Program-made: the position numbers and the translations under genes | In this document: piece after piece, positions 13,042-30,140 of the stretch | How the letters are laid out: each line of letters opens with the position of its first letter | How positions within the stretch are numbered: the first letter of the stretch is position 1 | Assembly: GCF_009914755.1 (NCBI RefSeq) | Contig: NC_060947.1 | DNA: 64,000 bases | Source: the human T2T-CHM13v2.0 reference genome, Homo sapiens | Strand: one strand, 5' to 3' | Notes under the pieces: model-generated | What the model was told of the DNA's origin: nothing | The model's input: only the letters and a program-made list of their open reading frames with translations | Database searches by the model: none

Positions 13042-13984
13042 AGTTGAGTATTCCTTCTTAAGGGCAGATTGATTTTGGTACTTAAAAAAGCAAAATATGG
13101 CCTGTTTGGGATCCTGTTATTTATCACAGGTAGAAGGGAATTGATTTATGGTTCTTCCAAAGATTCTAGCTTAGTCAGACAGTCCCACTTAAGTTTAGAC
13201 ATCTCTCTGATGTGCAGTGAGATAAAGCAAAGCTATAAAATTTGAATCCAGTGATGTTTTGTGTAAATGACTATTTCAGCACCAACATAACATTTTATTC
13301 AGAGATTCTTGACCATAAAGGATATTCATTGTTTTGGTCTGTACATCTTGAAAACCACAGATCACAGAATCAGATGAGTTTGCTACATTGATTCCAATTT
13401 ACTTAAGAGTGTGAGCAGCACCGATGATCTTTTTTTTTAACTATTTTGGTCTTTGGTTTCCATTACAGACGCTATCAATCCTCTATGAATTTTTTTTAAC
13501 TTTTTTGGAGAGCTTCTTGGCCATGTCCCAAGCATGTCTCCACTTACTGGTTACTTTTGCTCTGTACATTGTCTGTGCATATATACAACACACTTCCCAG
13601 TTTAATCAAAGTTTGCCATGCCTCAAACCCCCTACCTGTAATGTCACTTGGAATCATGCATTCATTCACTATTCAGGGATGAATATCATAATGAATAGAT
13701 GCTTTTAGAGGAGCTTTGGCAAAAATCTAAGAAACCTCTGACAAAGGGTCATTTTTCTGCCTTGGGAAATTAGCAAAGTTTTCATACATGAGGAGGCATT
13801 TGAACTGGCCTTGGAGGATGAGCAGGCCTTAGAGGATGAGCAGGAATTCACCAAGCAGAATATAGAGGACTGTTTCAGAAGATAAATTTTATATCAAAGA
13901 TTCAAAGATTAGATAAGAATCTGTCCTATTTCTGTATCTCAAAGAGTTTATAGTACCAAGGCCTGAAACGAAGGGTACTCTAAC

Positions 13985-14510
13985 TGTAAGAGGTCTGTTG
14001 CTGGATGCACACAGCAAATCAATACACCAAGGCACCAGGTTGTAGCAGAGAAAAAGGTTTAACCATAGGGACAATGAACAGGAAGATAGGAGGAAACTCA
14101 AAATCCATCTCTCCAAGGAGTCTGGGGCTAGGGGCTTTAAGGGTTTTGGAGTGGGCCAGAGTGTGGAGATAGTTGATTGCTTGAAAAGTGCAAGGTGAAG
14201 TTGTGGGACAGGGAGATGAAGAAGCTGTGTTCTCACACTGATTGGGTTCCTCTGCAGGGGACTTCATATTGGTTGGTACCAGCTGTTTCACTGGAATTCA
14301 GGATCTGCTGAAACAATTCTTAAACAGAAGCCTTGTGATTTCTAATGTCAGAGATCCCATTGATAGGAACAATGGGGCTGGAAATGGTCAGGATCTGGTG
14401 TTACGTGACTTGTGGTTACAAGGAAGTGGCACCAAGTGCAGCCTGAGGAATGCTTAATGATTACTCTATTTCTGTCCAGATTTCTTGGGAACCGTGTGAA
14501 AATGGCTTCG
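13985..14510 (-). mobile_element. ERV1-class solo LTR (subfamily uncertain)
   Basis: ~525 bp with LTR-like ends; minus strand begins gaagccattttcacacggttcccaagaaatctggacagaaatag, MER4-group-like. Confidence 0.7.
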
Positions 14511-14740
14511 GTGCTGTTTTATCAATGACCAAAGAATATCACAGGCACTTTTAGACAATATAATTTCCCCCCAGAGAGGAAAACAAGTTGGAGAGCTTGG
14601 CATTCTATAATATTACTCTTTAATATTAAAGAAATACTATTAGTCATATAAAATTTCAGATTTGGCCAGAAAGAAGAAAAAAGGAAAAAACAAAGAAGTT
14701 GACTTCCATGCACGCATCAGAAATTCATTTCATTGTGGTC

Positions 14741-14963
14741 CAGTGATTCTCAACTGGAGATCATTTTGACTCCCAAGGCACATGTGGCAATATCTGAAGA
14801 CATTTTTGGTTGCCACATCTGGGGTGGGAGTGTGATTACTGGAGACCAGAGATGATGCTAAACATCCTACAAGGCACAGGACAGCCCCTCACAACAAAGA
14901 ATAAAAACTGTTAAAAACTTTAAAATCCAAAATATCAATAGTGCTGATGTTGAGAAATTGTTC
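14741..14963. mobile_element. MER20 (hAT)
   Basis: cagtgattctcaac...gacatttttggttgccac...gctaaacatcctacaa...tgatgttgagaaa. Confidence 0.85.
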
Positions 14964-15497
14964 TAGTCCATGCTGTAGACATGGCTAAAGGTACATTTAT
15001 TTAAACTGGCATGCTTTATTTTGTGGAATGGAAATCAGTGTTGTTCAGCTCTTTGTTCCTTAGACAGTTTAAATGATGACATATAAGATTTACCTTGTCC
15101 CACCCTTACTGCTGCACAGTTTCATCTATAAACAAGGCCCTCATGAATTTAGAACACTGTGCAAACTCATGCGAATTTAATAACTTTAGTTGAGGAAAAA
15201 TAAGATAAGAATCAAAGCATGAGGGAAGACATCATGGCTCCAAGGCTGTGGGCCCATCACTGTCAGCCCAACATAAATATTTATGGCAGCACATTCCACT
15301 ATGAATGTATTTGTCTAGAAAAGAGTTGTTTCATCCCGATTTAAGCAGAAGCAAGGTTTTCTAAATACAGCCTGTATTATTTGAAATGAATAGTCCTATA
15401 GTTGTACCAGGAAGAAACAGTACGGAAATTTAATATTCAGTCAAGAAACATGCAAAGAATGGGGGTGGGAAACAAGACTGCCTTTGTCTAAAACTAT

Positions 15498-16300
<803 letters not shown>

Positions 16301-16309
16301 TAAAAAGAC

Positions 16310-16780
16310 CCTAGACTGAAACCCTACATCTTATACAAAAATTAACTCAGTGTATAGATTTAAATGTAAAATGTAAAGCTATAAAACTTCTATAGGAAAA
16401 TATAGAGGAAGATCCTCAGGGTCTAAGGCTAGGCAACACGTTCTTTGGCTTCATTAAAAAGCACAGTCTATAAAAGGAAAAGTAAGTTGGACTTAATCAA
16501 AATCACAAACTTCTGCTCTGTGTTAGTCCATGTAACGAGAGTGAAAAGACAAGATACAACCTGGGAGAACACATTTGTAAACCCACGTCTCATGAAGTAT
16601 GGAGAAGATCTAGACAGCTCCCAAACTCAACAGTACAAATACAAATAATTGAATTAGAATATGGGGAAAAGATATGAACATATATCTGACCAAAGAGGAT
16701 ATATAGACGGCAAATAAGCACATGAAAACATGTTCAACAACATTAGCCATTAGGAAAATGCAAATTAAAACCAATGCATA
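16310..16780 (+). mobile_element. L1M ORF2 3' fragment inside a split MER5 (16221-16958)
   Basis: catcttatacaaaaattaactc...gcacatgaaaacatgttcaacaacattagccattaggaaaatgcaaattaaaacc. Confidence 0.75.
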
Positions 16781-17247
16781 AGAGTCTACAACAATCTCAG
16801 TATAAATTTCAATTTTAAAAAGTATGAACACCACCCCCATTCAACTTCTTTCACCCACCAGACTCTGATTTAAATGGCTTGGAGTGTGACCTGGGCAGTG
16901 AGAGTGTAAAATCTCCCCTATGTGATTTTAATGTGCAGCCAAGGTTAAGAACAATTCTCCTAGGATAAAGAGTATAGCTTAATAGAAATTTTTAAAATAG
17001 AGCCTGAAGCCAGGTGAGGAAAAATGCTGATGTGGAGTTTTCTGATTGAGAGTTATCTTCACACTCAGTCTCCAAATAACAGAATGAATGCAGCTCGTTC
17101 TCAGGATGGTTTATGTTGCAGCTACAGATCTAGCTATTTCTAGTCACCACAAAGAACCGGAGTTGGGCAAATTGACCAGGTGGATATAATTATTAGTGAT
17201 GCTTTTCTGTGTCCTCTTTTTTTCTCCATTAACTTCTCTTTCCAACT

Positions 17248-17605
17248 ACTAGTTTTCAAATTTGTTGTCTGCACGTTGGACTCACCCGGGGTGCTTATAA
17301 AATGTTGATATCTGGGTCTTGCCCTGGAGATTCTTATTTTATTGCTGTGGAGTGTGGCTTAGGCATCAGGACTTAGAGAAAATCTCCCAGAGGATTCTAA
17401 ATATACAGAATTTGGAGGACCCCTGTTTCAGGCCACTGGGTCTCAATCCTGCCTGCAAGTTGGAATTAACTGGGAGAGATTTTCAACATCCTGATGTCTG
17501 ACATCCAATGATTCTGATTTAATTGTTCTGGGATATGGCCAGGTCATAGGGATTTTTTAAGGTCCCCAAGTACTTCCAACATGCAGTCAAGGTTGAAAAC
17601 CACCA
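17248..17605. mobile_element. Two tandem MER5 elements separated by 8 bp
   Basis: First ends ggacccctg at 17425; spacer tttcaggc; second runs cactgggtctcaa...ttgaaaaccacca followed by gtttaggc. Confidence 0.75.
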
Positions 17606-17755
17606 GTTTAGGCATTTATCCTCCATTATCTTCAAAAGAGCTATCATCTGTGTTCTTGCACACTGATGATTGAACACTTCAATAGGGAGGAGAACACTTT
17701 ATAGGTTGGGGGAGGGGGGAAGACCCAGTTTGGTCTCTTCAATTTTGCTAACTAC

Positions 17756-18509
<754 letters not shown>

Positions 18510-18521
18510 TGAAACTGCTCA

Positions 18522-19256
18522 TGTTGAGGATCAGAAAACAATATCCCAAAGTATGGCACTTGGACATACTGAGTATTGTTTGTGTGTGTGTGTGGAGAAC
18601 AGGGTCTCATTATATTGCCCAGGCAGGTCTCCAACTCCTAGGCTCAAGCTATCCTCCCATCTCTCCCTCCCTAAGAGCTGGGACTACAGTATGTCCATGC
18701 CTGACGGACATACTGAGTACTTTGAACAAAAGAAGCAGCTTCAGAACCAACATTTCTCTGAACTTTTCCTGCCTTTGTTTCTCAGCCTTCTGCCTCTCCC
18801 TAAGTACAGGGAGGGGCTTTCTCTGAAGGTACCTTATCTGACGAAGGGAAGTTCCTCCAGAAGGAATGCAATGGTTTTGAGCCCCCTCCCTAGAATCTCA
18901 TCAAATGGGGAAGAGTAACTCTCTAGAAAGAAAACTAGAGTTGATACCACCAGAACCCCGATGAACTCTGTCTCAGGATATTGTCTGTTCATCGGACCCA
19001 TTCATCTCCTCTAAAAATTACTTACACTTAAAATTGCCTACGTTCCCCACTTCTCTCTCTTTTATGAAGAAGGGTATATCTTTTATGAAGAAGCTTTAAA
19101 TCTCATTGGGTTATTGGGTACTCACTTTCCTGTGATGCCCTTGTACATGTAATAACCTTATATGACTTTCTCCTGTCAATCTATTGTCGGCGCATTTTCA
19201 TAGACTCAAATTAATCAAACCTCCAGAGGGCACAGGGAAGTTCCCTTTGCCCCTGC
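18522..19256 (+). mobile_element. MER39/MER34-like ERV1 LTR with an internal FLAM (18577-18705)
   Basis: tgttgaggatcagaaaacaatatcccaaagtatggc start; FLAM flanked by 14-bp TSD ggacatactgagta. Confidence 0.8.
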
Positions 19257-19264
19257 ACCCAAGC

Positions 19265-19438
19265 CAGTGATTCTCAAATTTTGCTGCACATTAAAATCTC
19301 CTGGAGATCTTTAAAAAACACCAATGTCTGGGCCCTAACCCCAGAAAGCCTGATGTAAATTGTCTGGGGTGCAATCTGGGAATTGAGATTTTTAAGTCTC
19401 TAAAGAGTCTAATGTTTAGCTAAGTTTGAAAATCACTG
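19265..19438. mobile_element. MER5B (hAT)
   Basis: cagtgattctcaaa...ttgaaaatcactg terminal inverted repeats. Confidence 0.85.
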
Positions 19439-20774
19439 GTCAATGTGATATTTTATTTAGTGATGCAAAACTGACTTTTGTACCAAAGATCCTAACAAAA
19501 CAGTCAACAAGAAGTAGGCCCGTAGAATGTCTTATGTTCAAGCTAAGGACTCACTACAACACGGTGCAACAGAGAATGTTCGTAGATGCATCGTTACTTG
19601 GAACACCATATTCCTAATCTGAATCACCCCTACACATGCAGCTAAGACACTGACAGTGCATCAGAGAGTCTCCTGTGTAAACTGTGCAGAGTTCATGAAC
19701 ACGCCAAGTCTCCAGATGTGCTGAAGGGAAAGTAGCTCTTCTGCAAAACAGTAACTCTCAACTCATCAACCCTCTACCTCCTAGTGGGCCAACATCAAAT
19801 GCAAATTAAAGATAAACTAATTTAAGTACTAACTGCCTCTACCTCATCTCCTGAGGGAGTTGGTGTTTGTGATCACACCTCCAAAGTGGTATGCCACCTG
19901 CAGACTGCCATTTTCATCTGATGTGCATAATTGCACAGCCTCATTTTGAATATAACTGCTTGCATTCATTTCCAGATTCCATAATAGTGGAAGATATTAT
20001 CCCATGTTAAAATATTCTTTTCATCCCCATTCAGTGGGCACTTTCAGTTTCAAGATGAGCATCTGAGAGGAATCACCACCCCTGGGAGCAATCTTCAGGG
20101 AGACTTGAAAGAGAAAAGAAATTTAAATAGACATTATAAGAGAGAATCATATGCTTTATGCTATGATTAAAAGTCCAACCTCTTACTGAAAGGGATAAGT
20201 GCCAGAAGATGAGTCGTATAGGCAAGAGGAGTGGGATGTATACAGCAAGGAAGAGTGTGTAGCAGGGGCCCTAAGAACCACTGCTAAAGGCAGGCAAACA
20301 TGTGGATTGAAAGCTTGTGGTCCCCAATTTTCCTGAGCTGAGCATTCTGGAAGCAAGCTTTTAAACATCTAGGAGACACTGTGATGGTTTTTCCCAGCTG
20401 AGCCCACTGGAAGCTCTTTCCACATGCAGACGATGATGTGAAGTCAGAATATAAATGAGGGTTAGAATGAGCATTGGTATTTCTAAATTTCCCATTGATT
20501 TTATAAATATATATATAAATATATGAATATATATATGTATATTTTCTACATAAGGGGTAGTCTGTCCTGGGGTAAAGAGTTTACTAAATCAGGGAGCAGA
20601 ATGACTGTCTATTAGGTTTAGCTAAAAAGTTCAGAGTTTCTGCCTGCAAAGCTGTGTAACCAGGTCATGGCCAGAAACAGAGACGAGAAGCAATTGCATT
20701 TTTCATTATACACGCTGGCTTTTCCTGACTATCTGTGTTTCAAATTCTAGCAAAATTAAACATCTATACAAATG

Positions 20775-21068
<294 letters not shown>

Positions 21069-21076
21069 CTATACAA

Positions 21077-21248
21077 ATGATTCTCACACTTCAGCATGCA
21101 TCAGAATCACCTGGATGGCCTGTTAAAACACACCTGGTCTGTTTTGTGTTCTGTAGGTCCAGGGTGGGATCTGAGAATTTGCATCTCCAACAAGTCCCCG
21201 GGAGATGCTGATGTTGATCCAGGGACCACAATCTGAGGGCCACTACTG
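21077..21248. mobile_element. MER5A (hAT)
   Basis: cagcatgcatcagaatcacctgga...aatttgcatctccaacaag...gggaccaca. Confidence 0.8.
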
Positions 21249-22179
21249 TGAGGATAATTTATGGGTATTTTGTTAAATTTAAAGGATGATTTACACATGA
21301 CTCTGGGGACTTATACCCAAGTATCTTTTTTTTTAAATTTTATTTTATTATTATTATTTTAAAAATATATTTGGATCGCCAGTAAGTCAAGTTAGCATGG
21401 GATTTGAAGTCACATGGAAGATGCTGACTTTGTATGCCCATGATGTGGCCATGTGATGGGAACTTCTGATTTCACATACAAAGCAGTAGCTGACTACTAA
21501 ACAAGGAAAACAATGTATAAAAAAACACATGGGGGCATCAATGGAAATACCAAACTCCAAATGCAGAAAGCAGAATGAGTGGGTGGGTGGGGGAGACTGG
21601 GAAGACAAAGAAATGTTGTTTTGTGGATGAGATGCTCATCTTTTACATGAAGGACAGACTAGTCCCGAAGAACTAAGCAGGAAGGTTTTGGTTATTTATT
21701 TACAAATTTCATGATTATTAATGTCCACAGGGTTGTGCTGAGTCACACATCTGAAAGAATTTTCTAGTTGGGAAGTTTGTGATGTTGAAATATGGTATGA
21801 ATGGAGATGAAGTTTATCTTCTTTGAAGATTTAAATTTGGGACTTTGCCATTATTTACTCATCAGCCAGAGCTGGTTTTAGGTAGACTCTCCTTGATGCA
21901 GAAGGATGGATTTAATGATCTCTCAAGTTCCACTTCTTCTTTATGCAAAGAAGATATGTAAAGAAAAACTAGTGCTTCAATGGGAAACTATGTGTTGTCT
22001 ATAGCTCACCTTTCCCCATTATTTTATTCTGATTCTATGAAAGCTATTTTACAACTCTGTAAGCTATAGATAACCAATAGCAAAACAATTTTTGGTTATA
22101 TGCAGGCAAATTTTGTTTCTCGGAGGTTCAATCAACTTCCTTCTTCCACTGAGGCAAAAGCTGGTTTTGGTTTTATGTA

Positions 22180-22749
<570 letters not shown>

Positions 22750-22814
22750 TGGATATTTCTTTTAACTGGTTATAACGTCTGCTTGGTTCTTTTGAGTCTT
22801 TTAACTCTTAGGTA

Positions 22815-23303
22815 TGTTAGGGCTCAGGACGCATCACCCCAAAATATTTCTCTTTGGGCTCTTGATTATTAGCTGGTTATTTTGAGAAATTGCAGACACA
22901 GGAGTAGCTCTGAGAAGCTGTACCTTTGTAAAAGAAATTTACATCTTCCGGGAAATTTTCATCAGTAAAGTCATCTGTCTCAGGAAGAGAGCTGCTCCAG
23001 AGAGACCCTTACCCGCATAAGAAGGCAATCTTTAGTTACCATATATTTCCTCTTCTCACCCTCCCGTAACTTGTCTCCACCACCCCCAGAAGCCCCAAGC
23101 CTTTCTTTCTTTGTGTAGCTCAGGATGCCATAGAAGCTTCAATCATCTAGCCCTTCTTAGACTTTCATATTTTGTGGGACTCTCACAGATACATACATAA
23201 TTAACTATGGTTTTCTCCTGTTAATCTGTCTCACGTCAATTTAATTTGTAGCCCAGCCAAAGAACTTAGAAGGGGGAAGGAAGCAATTTTCCACTCCCCT
23301 ATA
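22815..23303 (+). mobile_element. MER34/MER39-like ERV1 solo LTR
   Basis: tgttagggctcagg start; 4-bp TSD ggta (22811-22814 and 23304-23307). Confidence 0.8.
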
Positions 23304-23329
23304 GGTATCTGTAGCAGGAGGTATATCAG

Positions 23330-23915
23330 AAATTATTTTAGACCATCCGCTCATTTTGTAGTTAAGAACCCAGTGCCCAGAGAGGTTAAGTGAAGTGACC
23401 TTGGGCCTCACAGCCGGGAAGAACTAACCTGGGATTGGAACTTCTGCTTCCAGATTCAGACTCTATCTGAATTGTATGCACCACATAGACAGACCCTTTA
23501 TTCTCCCTGCCCTTCTTCACAGGTGCTTGGCTCTCTGAAAAGAAGACCATCCAAGCACTTATTTATCCTAATTAGGAACTCCCTGCTTTTTCTGTATAAC
23601 TCTTCCATTAGATCATGAACCTCTTAGGGGTAAGTATGGTGCCCTGTCCCGCTTTGCATCTGTGGTACCTAAGACAATTCTGGCATGTGAAGTGATCAAT
23701 AGAAAACTGTTTATAGAATGAAGGAATACACAAATGGATAATAACAAGTAATGATAGTTATATGCCATAAACTCCTTTCCTTCAATTATTACATGTAAAT
23801 CTTATAGCAGTTCCACAGATTAGTTACTACTGTTATTACTGCTACTTTATAGATAAGGAAACTGAGGCTCACAGAGGTCGGAAAAACTTGCCCAAAGTCA
23901 CAGACAGAAGGTGGC
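23330..23915. mobile_element. MIR and L2 relics
   Basis: MIR cores cccagagaggttaagtg and gataaggaaactgaggctcacagagg...cttgcccaaagtcaca. Confidence 0.65.
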
Positions 23916-23952
23916 AAAACTTGGTGGGTTATTCTCCCCTTGAACTCTTAAC

Positions 23953-24096
23953 CAGCATTTCTCAAACTTGAATATACATCAGAATCACCTAAAGGACTTG
24001 TTAAAAACCTGGGGTGAGACATAAAATTTGCATTTCTAGCAAGTTCTCAGGGGATAATGATGATGCTGGCTCAGGGTCCACAGATAAATCACTGCC
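23953..24096. mobile_element. MER5A (hAT)
   Basis: cagcatttctcaaacttgaatatacatcagaatcacc...aatttgcatttctagcaagttc. Confidence 0.8.
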
Positions 24097-24395
24097 CTAG
24101 GCTCTGATTTGGTTTGGTTAACTTACCATGAATAAAATCAACAACACAGGGCAGTACAACATAAGAATAAATGCAAGCCACGTTTTTAATACTGAGGGCA
24201 ATCTTCTTGTACATTTTTCATTTTTACCAAGCAGTCATGAGCAACCCAGGTTTACTCTTTCATTGTTTATTAAGCATAGGATAGGATTGGGAAAGGGTGC
24301 AAAATTAAATAAACGGATGTCCTCTAGCATTTTTAGGATGTTTTCTGAGTGGAAAAAATGCCAGTAATCTATTTCTACACAGAATTAAAAACTGA

Positions 24396-24658
<263 letters not shown>

Positions 24659-24974
24659 TGAAACTTCTTTTTTCTATCTACGCCTATGCCAACGAGGGAG
24701 AAGGTGGTAATTTACCTGTAGCGGTCTTTAGGGTAAATATACAGGCATTGTTCGTTAGCCCAGGCCTTTTGCAAGAGTATAGCTCCCAGCGGCGACATCA
24801 TGGTCAGCAGCTCTGCTAACCAAGGTCCATAAAATACTCCTGGTCTTTCTCAGTTTAAGGTGAATTGATCTGGACTGTCAGATTAGATATCAAACAAATA
24901 CTATAAGAGTCCTTTAAACAAGTGTCCACAATGATCAAGGAGAAAACTTTAGTGAGAAAGTGGGCCATTTAAAG

Positions 24975-25650
<676 letters not shown>

Positions 25651-26086
25651 TGTAAGAAAACCAGCTAAAATGACTGACAAAGTTGTGCTGTATTGAAGGC
25701 AAAGACTGCTGAGACTTGCCTACTTCTGCTTGCCAGTAGTCTTAGTAAGCACCAGAAAATGTCAGGAGAATGTCTGATATTCAGTTCCCATTGATAGTGT
25801 TAATATCCTGTTTCTGGTGAGGAGTTAAAGAAGCTCCAGAAACAGAGCTGAAATCCTAATTTCTCTTATGTAGTATCACTGCATGATATGCCCCAGAGTT
25901 TCCTAGAATAGCATATTGTGCCCCTTTAGATAGGCTGTTGAATTAAATGAATGCTTAGAAACCCTATGTTTACCATTGTGCAGTAAAATCAGTTTTCAGG
26001 GGACAGGATATCTTTCCATGTAATTTGCACCAGGCTAAGCCTTGCGAATGATTTTCCAAGTAATCAGGCATTTCCCCTCCTTCCAT

Positions 26087-26765
26087 GTCTTAGTTTTTTT
26101 TTCTGTTGCTATAACAGAATATCACAGACTAGGTAATTTGTACAGAAAAGAAACTTATCTCTTACAGTTCTGGAGGCTGGGAAGTCCAATATCAAAGTGC
26201 TGTTATCTGGTGAATGCCTTCTTGCTATGTCATAACATGGTGGAGGGCATCACATCTCAAGAAGGCAAGAGTCTGCCAGTTCTGGCCTCTCTTCCTCTGC
26301 TTTTTTTTTTTTTCCGAGACAGGTTCTCACTTTGTCACCCAGGCTAGAGTGCAGTGGTGTGATCATGGCTCACTGCAGCTTCAACCTCCCCAGGTTCAAG
26401 CAATCCTCCCACCCCAGCCTCCTGAGTGGCTGGGACCACAGGTGCACACCACCATGCCTGGCCAATTTTTAATTTTTTTTGTAAAGACAGGGTCTTGCTC
26501 TGTTGCCCAGGCTGGTCTCAAACTCCTAGTCACAAGTGATCTTCCCACCTTGGCCTCCAAAAGTGCTGGTATTACAGGTATGCACCACAATGTCTGGCAT
26601 CTCTTCTTTTTATAAAGCCACCAGACCCATCATGGGGGCTTCCCTGATGACTTTATCTAATCCTAACTACCTCCCAAAGACCCCTCCTCCAAATATCATC
26701 AAAATATTAATCTGGAGATTATATTTCCAACACATGAAATTTGGGGGACACATTCAAACCATAGC
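26087..26765 (-). mobile_element. MaLR LTR (MSTD/MLT1A-like) interrupted by an AluJ (26301-26598, minus)
   Basis: tgtcttag...cagttctggaggctgggaagtccaa...gggggacacattcaaaccatagc. Confidence 0.8.
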
Positions 26766-27086
26766 CTTCTACCACTATAATTCTATGAAATATATGATTT
26801 GCTTTGAGCATATATTATTCAATGACATCCCCTTCTTTTTTCCTAAGCTAGCTGTTCACCAAATCCTATCATCATTTTCCTAACTAGTCTACTTATTCCA
26901 ACCTCCATGTGACTGGATTTTAGCCAATGGAATGTGAGTAGAAATGATGTGTGCAGACTTGGTCCATAAAAATCTCTCCTTGCATGAATTTCCAAACACT
27001 TTTCTCTGTGCCAACTTGATGAAAATGAACTCAGCAACTTGGAAGCCATGTGTTGAAGATGGCAGAGCCATAAGGTGGAAGGGGAG

Positions 27087-29369
27087 TACACTAGTGCATT
27101 TTCACGCTGCTGATAAAGACACACCTGAACCTGGGCAATTTACAAAAGAAAGAGGTGTAAGGGAATTACAGTTCCATGTGGCTGGGGAGGCCTCACAATC
27201 ATGGTGGAAGGTAAAAGGCACATCTCACATAGTGGCAGACAAGAGAAGAGAGCTTATGTAGGGAAACTCCCATTTTTAAAACCACCAGATCTCATGAGAC
27301 TTATTCACTATCATGAAAACAGCATGGGAAAGACCCACTCCCATGATTGAATTATCTCTCACTGGGTCCCTCCCACAACACATGGGAATTATGGGAGCTA
27401 TAAGATGAAATTTGGTGGGGGCACAGAGCCAAACCATATCATTGTGCCTCTGGCCCCTCCCAAATCTCAGGTCTTCACATTTCAAAACCAATCATGCCTT
27501 CCCAACAGTCCCCCAAAGTCTTAACTCATTTCAGCATTAACTCAAAAGTCCACAGTCCAAAGTCTCATCTGAGACTAGGCAAGCCCCTTCTGCCTATGAG
27601 TCTGTAAAACCAAAGCAAGTTAGTTACTTCCTAGATACAATGGGGGTACAGGCATTGGGTAAATACAGCAGTTCCAAATGGGAGAAATTGGCCAAAACAA
27701 AGGGGCTATAGGCCCCATGCAAGTCCAAAATCCAGCAGGGCAGTCAAATCTTAAAGTTCCAAAATGATCTCCTTTGATTCTATGTGTCAAATCCATGGCA
27801 TGCTGATGCAAGAGGTGGGTTCCCACAGTCTCAGGCAGCTCTGTGTCTGTGGCTTTGCAGGGTACAGTCTCCATCCCAGCTGCTTTCATGGGCTGGCATT
27901 GAGTGTCTGCAGCTTTTCCAGGTGCACAGTGCAATCTGTTGGTGGATCTACCATTCTAGGGTCTGAAAGATGGTAGCCCTCTTCTCACAGCTCCACTAGG
28001 CAGTGCCACAGTAGGGATTCTCTGTGGGAGCTCTGACCCACATTTCCCTTCCACACTGCCCTAGCAGAGGTTCTCCAGGAGAGCCCCACCCCTGCAGAAA
28101 ACTTCCGCCTGGACATCCAGGCATTTTCATACATCCTCTGAAATCTAGGTGGAGGTTCCCAAACCCCAATTCTTGACTTCTGTGTGCTGGCAGGCTCAAC
28201 ATCACATGGAAGATGCCAAGGCTCGAGGCTTGTACCCTCTGAAGCCACAGCCTGAACTCTACATTGGCTCCTTTCAGCCGTGGCTGGAGCAGCTGGGATG
28301 CAGGACAAGTCCCTAGGCTACACACAGCAGAAGGACACAGGGCCCAGACCACAGAACCACTTTTTCCTCCTAGGCCTCTGGGCCTGTAACAGGAGGGGCT
28401 GCCATGAAAACCTCTGACATACTGTGGAGACATTTTCCCCATTGTCTTGGAGATTAACATTCGGCTGCTTGTTACTTATGCAAATTTCTGCAGCTGGCTT
28501 GGATTTCTCCTCGGAAAATGGGATTTTCTTTTCTATTGCATTGTCCAGCTGCAAATTTTCCAAACTTTTATGCTCTGCTTCCCTTATAAAACTGAATGCC
28601 TTTAACAGCACCAAAGTTACCTCTTGAATGCTTTGCTGCTTAGAAATTTCTTCCACCAGATACCCTAAATCATCTCTCTCAAGTTCAAAGTTCCACAGAT
28701 CTCTAGGGCAGGTACAAAATGCCACCAGTCTCTTTGCTAAAACATAACAAGAGTCACCTTTGCTCTAGTTCCCAACAAGTTTCTCATCTCCATCTGAGAC
28801 CACCTCAGCCTGGATTTAATTGTCCATATTATCATCAGCCTTTTGGTCAAGTCATTCAACAAGTCTCTAGGAAGTTCCAAATTTTCCCACATTTTCCTGT
28901 CTTCTTCTGAGGCCTCCACACTGTTCCAACCTCTGCCTGTTACTCAGTTCCAAAGTTGCTTCCATATTTTCAGGTATCTCTTCAGCAATGCCCCACTCTA
29001 CCAGTACCAATTTACTGTATTAGTCTGTTTTCATGCTGCTGATAAAGACATACACGAGATTGGGCAATTTACAAAAAAAGAGAGGTTTAATAGACTTACA
29101 GTTCCACGTGGCTGGGGAGGCCTCATAATCATGGCAGAAGGTGAAAGGTACATCTCACATGGCAGCAGACAAGACAAGAGAGCTTGTGCAGGGAAACTCC
29201 CATTTTTTAAACCATCAGATCTCATGAGACTTATTCACTATCATGAGAACAGCACAGGAAAGACCCGCACCCATGATTCAATTATCTCCCACCAGGTCCT
29301 CCCACAACAGGTGGGAATTATGGGAGCTACAAGATGAGATGGGTGGGGACACAGAGCCAAACCATATAA
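27087..29369 (-). mobile_element. Full-length THE1 (THE1B-like) MaLR provirus: LTR 27087-27441, internal 27442-29015, LTR 29016-29369
   Basis: Two ~355-bp LTRs ending cagagccaaaccata(tca/taa), 1.57-kb internal region, 5-bp TSD gggag; nested in an older MLT1 relic. Confidence 0.93.
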
Positions 29370-29904
29370 GGGAGCTTCCTGCCAATTGGGAGTACCCCAC
29401 TTTGACTTTACTTGATGCAGAAATATACTTCTTTTGTGTCTAAACCATTGTGTTTCTTTTTGTTGTTTGTTACAGCAGCTATCAATATTTTAACAAATAT
29501 GTCTCCCAATTATCACAACTCCACCCACCATGGAGAAGCAGAATGTTGGGGTAGGTGAAGAGAAACATGAGTCATTAAGGACACAACTGTGCCAGCATCT
29601 CATCCTGGAAAGCAAGGAGTTTGTTGGAGGAGATTAAAATATTCTCTTCCTAATGAATCTCTCTCTTTCCATGGCTCTATGCTGCTAGACTGTTGCCATG
29701 AGGCTTGGGAAAGTTTCTCTACTAACAGAATAGATAGTGGGAGCTAATTAAGGAGCAAAGAGTTGCTGGTTGCTGGGGTATGCTTCCTGTCTTTGTTTTA
29801 AGAACAAAAAGGATGAAAAGACAGGTTCACACATTGCCCAAGTGACCTCATCAAAGAAAGAAACAAGGAAGGGACAATAGTGATAATGAGGAGAAGAAGG
29901 AGGA

Positions 29905-30140
29905 GGAGAACTAACAATATTAAGTGTTTGACATATGCCACCACTTTGACGAAGTTTTACATGCATTACCTCATTTATTCTTTGGAACAATTCTATTAGT
30001 GAGCACTATTAATATCCTCATTTTACAATGACAAAAACCAAAGCTCAGAAAAATTAACTTGACCATGCTGTAAGTAACAGAGCCAAGATGCAAAACCTAG
30101 GCAGTATGCCTCCGGATCTTATGACCACATTCACTGTACT
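29905..30140. mobile_element. MIR
   Basis: ttacatgcattacctcatttattc...tcctcattttacaatgacaaaaaccaaagctcagaaa. Confidence 0.7.

Noticed and set aside
13807-13845. 18-bp tandem duplication ggcctt(g/a)gaggatgagca
   Set aside because: Ordinary microduplication in an L2 relic
19890-19905. CTCF-like motif tgccacctgcaga near an octamer ATGCAAAT (19799)
   Set aside because: Imperfect match; such motifs are expected by chance in 64 kb
27442-29015. Cluster of 100-160 aa ORFs
   Set aside because: Fragments of the decayed THE1 internal region
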